Positions 31,927 through 41,382 of a stretch of 64,000 bases of DNA are shown one piece after another. The translations under genes and the position numbers were made by a program. Source of the DNA: the human T2T-CHM13v2.0 reference genome, Homo sapiens. The stretch lies in the NCBI RefSeq assembly GCF_009914755.1, contig NC_060940.1; one strand, given 5' to 3'. The notes under the pieces are model-generated. The model was given only the letters and a program-made list of their open reading frames with translations. It made no database searches and had not been told where the DNA came from. Each line of letters opens with the position of its first letter. Positions within the stretch are counted from its first letter, which is position 1.

Positions 31927-33531
31927 GTAAGCCCCCACTTCTCCCCTTCCTTGGAGCCAGGGAATAGGTCACAGAAGTTGGCACGAGATGGGGTCTTAGG
32001 AGCTCCCAGCAGGCTGGCGGGTGGTGTGACAGTCCTGCTGTGCGATGATCTCATCATCAGGTGGGAGGGGTCCTTCCTGTCTGCCCCTGGGCCCACTGAC
32101 GCCCGTTTCTTATGAGTACGGGGGATGGGGGAGCAGGTAGCAAGTGTAGACCGAGAACATTAAAAGGAGATGATACAACTCAGCTGGGAGTGGGGGACAG
32201 CCCCCCAATGCGTGACCTTGAGCAAGTCCCCGAGCCTCCGTGAAGTGGGGCTCTTGAACACACCCCAGAGGGCAACAGTTCTCCATTTCCAGGCCTGAGC
32301 TGACAGCACCGCGCCCACAAACCTCGCTGACCTCTGACTGCTCCGAGAGGGGGCTGTGGCCCGGGCGCTGTGGGCAACTCCTTCGTGGGTCTCCTGCGGG
32401 GCGCCCTGGAGAGGCTCGGTGAGGAAAGAGGCCCCAAGTGGCAACGCCCAGGGCTGCCGGCTCCCGCGCCCCCTCCTCGATTTCCAGCCTGGTCTGAGCT
32501 CACAGGGGAAGACCCGAGATCCTGCTCTCAGTTGGCGGACCCCACCGCAGTCTGGGACGGAAGCCCCCTCCCTGGCCCGAATCCGCTCCACACCCCAAGT
32601 CTGGCCCAAGAGAAACGTGGGCGTCAAGGCCTCGGGCTTCCTGAGCCGGTTGTCACTGCCCCCACCGCGCACGTGGAGCGTGCGGCAGAGCCCAGGGGTC
32701 TAGGGAGGGACCAAGGGCTGGGGGCGGAGTTACAGTGCGGGGGCGGAGCCTCGGCGTCTCAGGACCCAACCAGGTCGGGTCAGGTTTGGAGGCGGAGCTG
32801 GCGCCGAGAGGCGGGGCGCAGGATGCGGTGCCGCGGGGCAGCAGAACAGAACCGAATAGGTCTCAGACTCCCAGCGCGGCCTGGGGACATGACCTCCGGG
32901 CCAAAGAGGAGTGGGGGAGGCTAGAGGTCTCCCCGGGGCGCGGGCGGGGCCGAACCAGGAAGGGGCGGGGCATCGAGCGGGGCGGGGACAGTGCCTTGAA
33001 GGCCCAGACGGACAGGGGCGGGGCCGCAGCGCTGGGGTCGGAGCCAGCGCCGTAAAGAGCGAGGCGGGCGGGGGCGCGGTCGCGGCTCTGGGGGCGGAGC
33101 CAGAGCAACGAAGAGCCGGGCTGGCGGGGGCGTGGCCGCGGCGCTGGGGGCGGAGCCGGAGAGGTGCAGGGCCCGGCAGGAGGCACGGGGCGGGGCCGGA
33201 GCGCCGGGGGCGGGGCGGGAGGTGCGGCGGCCGACGACGCTCAGGCCCGGCCCCGCCCCGTGCCTCCAGCCCGCCAGGAGCGCCCTCGCAGTGGCCGCCT
33301 GCTCCGCCGCTCGCCGCCCGCGGGTTCCATTGAGAAAAGCCGAGCGGCCGCGGCGGCGGCGGCGAGTGCGCGGGAGCGGAGGAGCCGGCACCCGCCCGTC
33401 GGGCAGTCCGCGCGCCCGCAACGCAGGACCGTGGCCTCTCGGGCCTCCGCGGCAGCTCCAGCGGCTCCGGGGCTGGGCGCGCGGGCTGGGGGCGCGGGCC
33501 GGGGCGGCCGCGGAGACCGGGGGCCGGGGGC

Positions 33532-33591
33532 ATGAGCGGCCCCGCGGCCCCGCCGCGCCCCCGCCGCCCGCCGCCGCCCGCCCGGGGCTAG
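33532..33591 (+). other. uORF in the ZFPM1 5' UTR (19 aa, out of frame)
   Basis: ggcATGa; MSGPAAPPRPRRPPPPARG then TAG 33589-33591, 35 nt before the main ATG. Confidence 0.55.
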
Positions 33592-33626
33592 AGGCGGCCG
33601 CCGGGAGGGCGCGCGGCGCCGGAGAC

Positions 33627-33666
33627 ATGTCCAGGCGGAAACAGAGCAATCCCCGGCAGATCAAGC
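33627..33666 (+). CDS. ZFPM1: ZFPM1 (FOG1) coding exon 1 with the N-terminal NuRD-binding motif; rest of the CDS lies beyond the window
   Basis: gacATG TCC AGG CGG AAA CAG AGC AAT CCC CGG CAG ATC AAG C|gtgagt = MSRRKQSNPRQIK, canonical donor at 33667. Confidence 0.98.
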
Positions 33667-33967
33667 GTGAGTCAAACTTTGCCCGCGGTCCCCTCCGCGC
33701 GCCCGACCCCCGCCGGAGCCCAGCCGCCAGCGCCGCCCCCGCCCGTCCCCGCTCTGCCCTGGGCGCCGGCGACCTTCACCCCGCGCCGCGCCCCCCGCGC
33801 TGTGCCAAGCGCGCCGTAATCTAATCTCCGCCGGCGGCCTGGGCCCCCGCGTCTCGGCTTGGGCACCGGGGGGTTCAGCCCAGGAGGGGGCCGCCCGGAG
33901 GCCGGGAGGAGGGTGTTTGGGGGCGCGGCCCGGGCAGCTCGGCCCCTCGCGGCCTGCCCCTCCCCCG

Positions 33968-34097
33968 CATCTGCGAGATGGTGCGGCGATAGGGCGGCCC
34001 CGATCTGGGCTCAGATAAAGTTTAAAATATTACATTCTGCAAGTCCCGTCCTGATAAGATCGTTCTGTCGGGACGGGCTGAAATTGTGATCTTATCT
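33968..34097. promoter_or_regulatory. GATA cluster about +0.4 kb from the ZFPM1 ATG
   Basis: CATCTG 33968, AGATAA 34013, TGATAA 34052, TTATCT 34092 in an AT-rich pocket of the CpG island. Confidence 0.7.
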
Positions 34098-35118
34098 CGC
34101 GCGGTTGACTCTCCCAGGCTTTGTATCTAGAAGCGAAGAGAGAGACCTGGGAGGCAGAGGGGACACCCGGGGCCGCGGAGATGCCTGGCCAAGTGGCAGG
34201 CACCGGCCCGCGCCCACCCCCACCGGTGCCGTCGCAGAGCCGCAGGACAGGGGAGGGGGTAGCGCGCAGCTGCCGCAGCCTAGGCACTTGGCTCCAGCCC
34301 CCCAGACACCCCCACCCCGTGCCCTAGCGCTGAAGTCCTGAACCCAGGCCCCGCCAGCCTGGTGACACCTCCTGGACCCTGCAAGTGTCCCAGCCAAGGC
34401 GGCATGGGCAACAAATGGTGCCCTCGGATGCCCGCGGGCACCCCCTGGCATCCCAATGGGCTGCTCTGAGTCAGAGAAGGGCCTCCCAGGACGCAGCCCC
34501 GGGCCGGGGTCGCCCCTGCACGCCACTAAGTTTCTCGCTGGTCCGGCTCCCTGCCCGGTCAGAGGCTGCTGCCCCGCCGCCACATTGCCAGTGCCCCCGC
34601 GATGAGAACTAAGCTGTCGGGGCCACTGTCTGGCCTGGGCCTCTGGGCTGTGCCAGGAGGGAGCAAGAGCACAGGAAGCTACCCTCCCCACCCTATGCCA
34701 ATAATAACTTTGCGCCTCACAGTTAGGGCCCAGACGCAGGTCTTCCTCCCCGGGGCGCCTCCCCGGAGCCTGACGGGCAGGTCGTCTGAGCCCTGCCAGG
34801 AGGCCACGACGGAAACCCGCCCGCTGCCCAGCCGTAGGCGCCCGGGCACTACCTCCTTTGTCCACACGACCACTGCCACCAGGACCCCTTGTGCGGGGCC
34901 TGTGGGAGCTTCCCTACTCAGGAGGTCTCCCGAGGCGGGGGTCACAGGCATGAACCGGTTCCCGTAACCCAACTCCCTCAGCGCAAACGGGACCTGTTTT
35001 CCGAAAGTCGCCTTCTATCGTGTCAACTCAAGTATTAAAAGCCACCCACAGGTCCCGATCCGCGCTTGTGCTCTGGTTTCTTTTTCCTTCCTTCCCTGAG
35101 CGCCTATGTTCGGTTCTG

Positions 35119-35120
<2 letters not shown>

Positions 35121-35155
<35 letters not shown>
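35121..35155 (+). repeat. (GT)17 microsatellite
   Basis: Read directly. Confidence 0.98.
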
Positions 35156-35156
<1 letters not shown>

Positions 35157-35179
35157 TGTTTCACTGTGATGAGAAATGC

Positions 35180-35979
35180 AGATAGCTCGGACAGGGAGAT
35201 CGCAGGTTGGAAACCGATCTCCAGCGCTGATAAGGCCGCCAGCGCCAGCGAGAGCCCGTAGCCCAGCCCAGCGGGGCGGGCAGAGCGCGCGCACTTTGGG
35301 AACTGGGACCGCGGCGGGTGCACGGTGAGCCACCGCGGCCCATCCTCGTTGCGGCCCGGGACCGGGGCAGAGAAAGGGCCCGGACGAGGAAGGCAGGGCC
35401 GCGGACCCTCCCTGTCGCTCGCGGCCCGGGGCGCCTCCTCCCCATGGCAGATCTCAGCACGTTAAGATGCGAAGGCTGATTGTCACCAAGCGGCGGCGCC
35501 CGCCCGCCCGCCCTCTTGCCAGCGCCTGTGCCTGCCCGCTGCCCTGGCCTCACCTGCGGCCGGGCCGCGAGTGCAGAGCGGAGGGGGCCGAGCGCTTCGG
35601 GCCGCCCACCCCCCACCCGCGCCCCCATCAAAGCCCTGGCGCAGCTGCCCGCGCCTCTGTGCGCCTTTTGTTCCGTGCGGAGATAGATGTGCCGCGCTGA
35701 TAAGGCGCGCAACCGATGGTGGCTGAGATAGGCGCTTCCATTTATTAACTTCAAACGTGGGAGCGGGGGCAGGGCGAGGCGGGAGCGCGGCCTTGGCCGG
35801 CCAGATGGCGGAGGCGATAGGCCGGGCTGCCGACGGGGAGCGCGGGGCCGGGGCAGCTCGGGACCCCCGGCGCCCCCAGCCCGCTGGGTTTTCCTCCCGC
35901 CCGAGTCGATGTGAGCTCCGATAAGAGCCTGGCCGGTCGGCCCGATGGCGATCGCCAAGAGCGATAAGAGGCCTTATCT
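35180..35979. promoter_or_regulatory. Dense GATA cluster about +2 kb (intronic enhancer candidate)
   Basis: AGATAG 35180, TGATAA 35228, AGATAG 35681, TGATAA 35698, AGATAG 35726, CGATAA 35919 and 35962, TTATCT 35974. Confidence 0.75.
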
Positions 35980-37639
35980 TTGGCCACCAGGCCCGGCCGG
36001 GTTGGAGAACAGCGCGGGGGCGCCGCGACTGGGGCGAGTGGGGGCTTGGAACGGCCCGGGTTGGGGCCGGGGAGCCGGCGTCCCTGCGCTGGTCTGTCTG
36101 GGGGAGTTTTCTCCCCAAACACACTTAATTGCCAAGAAGTTGATCCTCCCCTGTGGCCGGTGGTACAGTCCGTCAAAATGAAAGAAAACTGGCTTTGCCC
36201 CGGCCAGGAGGGGGAAGGGGGAGGACACCCCGCCCCGAGTCCTCGTAGATGGTGCGAGACCGCTAGAGGTGGGTTTGTCACCTCCAGAGGGAGAGAGGGT
36301 GTTTTCCCCTTGAATCATGCTGGTGTTGCTGGTAGTTCCTAGCAAGAACCAAGTGTACACTGCTTGGAGTTTTCTTGAAAAAAAAAAAATCAAGGTGGTT
36401 TCCATGGCCCAGACTGCTTTGGGGGAGGCCAGTGTACCCTGGTGTGGAGGCGCTGCAGACCTGCCTGGGCTGAGCACTGTTTGCTGAGCACTACTGCATA
36501 CAGGCCCTGGGTCCCAGTGGCAAACGAGAGGGGCAGAGGGGGCAGCCAAGGGGAGCAGGGGGCACGTCAGGTGGTCAGGGACACTTCTTGGAAGGGGGTG
36601 ACCTTTGGCACAGTAGGGCTGGCCTCAGTTTTCCACTGCTGTCGGGGGAGCAAGGGCTGAGAGGCGCCTGGGGCTGGGGGGCCAGCCTGTGCCAGCAGGT
36701 GCGAGTGAGGTCGGGAGTGATGGAGTTGGTCAGGTCCTTGGTCTCCCACTCTGAAAAATGGAATCAGGAATAGGTCCCCAGGGCTGTGGGAGTCCCCAGG
36801 TCAGGCTGGAGATATTGAGGGTCCACCGAGGCACTTTGCAGTGGAAGGGCCCATGGATCCCACAGGCCAGATAGAACCCTAGGCCATCTGGGTAGGGCCT
36901 TCCGGAAGGAGCCGGGGAGGGAGGGTCCCTGAGCCCCTCCTATTCCAGCCCAGGCAGCTGCTGCAGCTCAGAACAAGGTGTTTTTCACACACTCTCAGAG
37001 TTTGATTAAACAAATTATTGGTAACCACAGGATGACTAATTCACTCCAAGCTTCAAAGTCACCCACCTGCTCTCCCCAGCAGCCCAACGCCCACCCGTGG
37101 GGCTGGCAGTGCCATCTGGCAAGGGCCATTTCCAGTTCCAGAGAGGGCTGGGTTGGGCCCAGAGGGAGATGGGGTGGTTTCTGTGATGTGTTATGAACAT
37201 GAGTGGGATGTCAGCACAGAGCCATCCACACTGGCCTTCCATGCGTGGGAGGCACCCGGGTGTTGAGGCTGTCAGAGGCCACCTTACCATGCTCATGACC
37301 CAGAGTGGTGGCAGAGCATCCAGGAAAGAAGGGGCTTTGGCAGCCTGGCTGACCCTGGTGCTGAACCACAGGGGACAAGTTACTGTGCTTTCCACAGCTC
37401 TCAGTTTCCCCCTGTTGGAAACATGGATATGATAGTGTCTGCCATCCAGGGGCTGCAGGTCCTGCTCTCAGCTTACCTGGTCCTTGGCCCAGTTGCCTCG
37501 TCCCCAGTCACCATCCTGAGGGGAACGGTGCCTGCAGCCTGCTTGATGCTTAGGCTGCGAAGCCATCATTGTCATCTCAGAGTCCTGATCCCAGCCACGT
37601 TTTTCTCTCTTTCTCTCTCTTTTTTTTTTCCTTAGTTAA

Positions 37640-37771
37640 AATTTTTTTACAAAATAGACATGGAGTCTCACTACGTTGCCCAGGCTGGTCTTGAACTCCT
37701 GGGCACAAGCTATACTCCCAGCTCAGCCTCCCAAAGCACTGGGGTTCCAGACACGAGGCACCGCACCTGCC
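37640..37771 (-). mobile_element. FLAM_C / AluJ left monomer
   Basis: gtctcactacgttgcccaggctggtcttgaactcctgggc...cagcctcccaaagcactggg; monomer only. Confidence 0.8.
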
Positions 37772-37959
37772 CTCAAGCCACATTTAGCAGAGGGAATTAG
37801 AGATCGGGAGGTACTCTCAAGGCCCCCCACCCCTAAACCTGGACTCCAGCAGGGTCTGGCGGACCCCGGAGTCCACGCCGTCACCCAGCTCTGGGCCGAT
37901 TGTGGTTTACCCCCTTTCCTGGGCCTTAGGGAAGGCAGACAGCTCATGATCATTTGATG

Positions 37960-38130
37960 GTAAGAATAATATTCATAACAGCCAATGCTTAAGAGCCCTC
38001 TCTGTGCCAGGCTGTGTATTAACTTAAAGCAGGTCCTCTTCTGATCACTATTTTACATCTGGGGAAACTGAAGCACAGAGAAGTTTCTCGCCCAAGCAAG
38101 TGATGGAGCTAGAGTTGGAACCCAGGCGGC
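37960..38130 (-). mobile_element. MIR SINE fragment
   Basis: 'tgtgccaggc...ttttacatctggggaaactgaagcacagagaag...ttggaacccagg'. Confidence 0.6.
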
Positions 38131-39329
38131 CGGGCCTGCGCTCCTTAAGGGTGTGTCCGTGAGCACCGCGCTGCCTTCTCTCCATCCTCCGGCTTCTGTC
38201 TGCCCTGCCACCCTGAGCCTCTCTCAGCCTCAGTCTCCACATCTGTGAAATGGGCCTTTGGGACCAGAGGCCCTCTGAGGTCTTTCCCCAGATGGCCTCC
38301 TTCCTAAGACATGACTGCAAGGGGGAGGGGGTCCCCTGGGAGGCTCATCCGGGCCTTCCTTGGGCCTGGGACTGCCGTCAGCCCCGCCAGCCCCTCCCTG
38401 GAGGTCACCAGGAACCCAGTGTGGCATCCAGCACCACTGGGGATTTAAATGGGTCAGTTGGAGAAGAAAGGAGGAGGGAATGTGATGCCATTAATTGTGC
38501 CCCTTATCTCCTGTTTCTATGCCAACCAGACGTTCCTGGGCTTGACGGGCTTGTGAATAATACTCCCGCTGGCCTATCTGCCATCGACAGCCTCCTCCTG
38601 GAGGCAGCTGTTGCCTGGCCGATTGGTATCACCAACCCCATGGACCCGGCCCGGCCACACTCGGGGCCCTGGTGGGGCTCCTGCCCACCTGGCCACCATA
38701 CCCGTGGGTATTCCTGGAGGTGCCCAGTGGCTCCTGACCCCATTTCACAGAGGGGGAAACTGAGGCTACAGCCACAGGTCTGCTCTCCAGACCTCGTCTG
38801 CCACCCTACACTCAGGCAGGAGTGGCCCAGACTGAAGGGAAGGGGGTTCCAGAACCTGCAAAGGGGTCATCTGCGCCCTGCCTGGTGAGTCCCGCCACTC
38901 TGGATGCGCTGTCCTTGCTTGTGTCATTAGGAGGCAGATGACCCCATGGGTGAGGGATCAGCCACCTGCAAGCTGCAGGCAGCGCATGTGGCCTTATGGA
39001 CCAGGGGAGAGCCGGCGCCCGTCAGGGCTGAGCCCCTCGTTAGGGCCTGTGTGCAAGTCGAGACTTGGGTGGCTCCTCTGTGGCTCCTTTTGGCCCCTGG
39101 AATTTGCCTGTGTGCAGGCGGCCCCCATGCAGCTCCTTCAGAGGCCCTGTCCACACCTGCCTGATGGCCTTGCCAGCCCATCCTGTCACCCACTCCCCGC
39201 TCAGGCCCACAAGCTCTCTGAGAGCAGGACTGGGTCAGTCCCGTCCCCACAGAGTGGGCCTCCCGGAACTCTGTCAGATAAATGACCAGAGGGACGCTCA
39301 GCTCAAAATAGACATGGTCTGCTCACACC

Positions 39330-39455
39330 ACAGCTCTGCCACTTACTGGCCGTGGAACTATGGGCAAGGCCTACCCATGTGAGCCTCCGTTTTCCCATCT
39401 GCAAAGTGAGCGTAATGATAGTACCTGCCCCCTGAGCACTGTTGTAAGAATGGAA
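39330..39455 (+). mobile_element. MIR SINE fragment
   Basis: 'ctctgccacttactggc...gagcctccgttttcccatctgcaaagtg..taatgatagtacct'. Confidence 0.65.
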
Positions 39456-39491
39456 GGAAAATACCTGTTATCCGAGACAGCTGCTACTAAC

Positions 39492-39797
39492 CCTCTCCCC
39501 CTCCTACCCTTCTCCTTCCTCCCCTTCCTCCTCCTTCTCTTCATTCCCCCCTCCTCTTCTTCCTCCTCCCCCTCCTCCTCTTTCTCCTCCCCCTCCTCTC
39601 CCTCCTCCCCAGCAGCCTAACGCCCACCCATGGGGCTGGCAGTGCCCTCTGGCAAGGGCCTTCCTCCTCCCCCTCCTCCCCTTCCCCCTTCCCCTCTTCC
39701 CCTTCCTCCTCCCCCTCTTCCTCCTCCTCCCCTTCCTCCTCCCTCTCCCCCTCCCCCTTCCCCTCCTCCTCCCCCTCTTCCTCCCCCTCTTCCCCTT
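39492..39797 (+). repeat. Bipartite polypyrimidine (CCT/CCCCT) low-complexity tract
   Basis: Two almost pure C/T stretches (39492-39610 and 39660-39797) separated by ~50 bp. Confidence 0.92.
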
Positions 39798-40879
39798 CAT
39801 GGTCAATCACTTGGGTGAGATCTGTGGTTTCCAGCTTATCTGAGATGGAGCAATCCCTCTTCCCAAGCTGTCTCCCAGGACAGCCCAGCATGTGAAACAC
39901 ACAGGGGCCCTGCCTTGGAAGGGCCCCTCAACCCTGCTGCTCACATAGCTCACTGCGCTGGCCCCAGGTTCCAGGTCAGGGCAGCCCCTGACACCCACCC
40001 TCTAGCTGGCTGGCCCTTCCCTCCAGCGCATCCCGACTCCCCAGGCTGTGTGGCCTTGGCATACTCTTGCCCTCTTGGGCTGGGGCTTCCCTTTGGCGAA
40101 GGCAGCGAGGAGGGGCTGAGATGATGCTCCTGCCTGTGCCTGTCCACCTCCCCACCCGGCTCTGGGAGGGTCTGGACCAAGCCAAGCCAGAGGGGTTTTG
40201 GGTCCAGGCAGCCAAGCGAGAGGCCCAGGGTTTATCGAGGGTCCCCAGCCTACTGTTGGCAGGGCCCGGAGAGCAGTGGGCTGCTCTCAGCCTGGGAAGG
40301 TGGGTCAGGAGGAGTGGGGTTCTTCACAGGAAGGCACACTGGCAGTTCCTGGGGAGCTGCCTGCCATCTTTCTGGGCCCAGGCAGTGTCATGGTGGCGGC
40401 CCTCCCTGCCTCGGTTGGTTCAATGGGCATACCCATTTTTCAGATGAGGATGAAAAGGTCCTAAGGGGCCAGGACTCAAGTCCTGCCCTGGTGCGAGGAA
40501 GAAACAGGGGAGATGGTCTGGTCCTGCCCTCTGCCCAACACCAGCCTTCATGTTTAGCACGTGGCACTGACTTAAGGACCCCAGAGTGAGGATGGAGGGT
40601 GTGGCTCTCAGCCAGGTGGCCTCAGCCAATGCCCACCTTAGAGACTCCGCTTTAGAGTGGGAATAACAGGGTCCCTCCTATCCGAGCTGTGTTGGGTAGT
40701 CTAACAGGGCTGGTATACAGTAGGTGCTTAAATAGCAGCTGTTTGGAGCAGACCCCTGGTCCCGCGTCAGGAAGAGGACCTGACTTATTCATGCCGGGTG
40801 ACATGGTGCTCCTACTCCCGTGGGCCTCGGCCTCCCAGCTGTTCATGGGGCCACTGGGCAGGCTAAGGACTGAGGGATG

Positions 40880-41382
40880 GGAGGCCTGGTGAGGACCGAG
40901 GGGCGGGGCGGGAGGCCTGGTGAGGACCGAGGGGAGGGGCGGGAGGCCTGGTGAGGACCGAGGGGCGGGAGGCCCTGGTGAGGACCCAGGGGCAGAAGGT
41001 CTGGTGAGGACCAAGGGGCAGGAGGCCCTGGTGAGGACCCAGGGATGGGGCGGGAGACCTGGTGAGGACCGAGGGGCGGGAGACCTGGTGATGACCGAGG
41101 GGTGGGGCGGGAGGCCTGGTGAGGACCGAGGGGCGGGAGGCCCTGGTGAGGACCCAGGGGCAGAAGGTCTGGTGAGGACCAAGGGGCAGGAGGCCCTGGT
41201 GAGGACCCAGGGATGGGGCGGGAGACCTGGTGAGGACCGAGGGGCGGGAGACCTGGTGAGGACCGAGGGGCGGGGCGGGAGGCCTGGTGAGGACCCAGGG
41301 GCGGGAGGCCTGGTGAGGACCCAGGGGTGGGGCGGGAGGCCCTGGTGAGGACCGACGGGTGCGAGGCCTGGTGAGGACCAGG
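40880..41382 (+). repeat. G-rich VNTR, core cctggtgaggacc, with a 168-bp higher-order duplication
   Basis: Units of ~25-32 bp; marker cagaaggtct at 40993 and 41161. Confidence 0.93.

Larger units (their letters stand above)
32600..36270. promoter_or_regulatory. ZFPM1: ZFPM1 CpG island and GC-box promoter
   Basis: Very high GC and CpG content; many GGGGCGGRG Sp/KLF boxes at 32720-33260; no TATA; island continues into intron 1 with a gap near the (GT)n. Confidence 0.92.

Noticed and set aside
33132-33824. 230-aa ORF containing MSRRKQSNPRQIKRES...
   Set aside because: The real exon ends at the GTGAGT donor (33667); the rest is intron read-through and the start is a GTG probably upstream of the TSS
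39504-39900. Glu/Gly-rich and Arg/Gly-rich ORFs resembling RPGR ORF15
   Set aside because: Translations of the polypurine strand of a low-complexity tract
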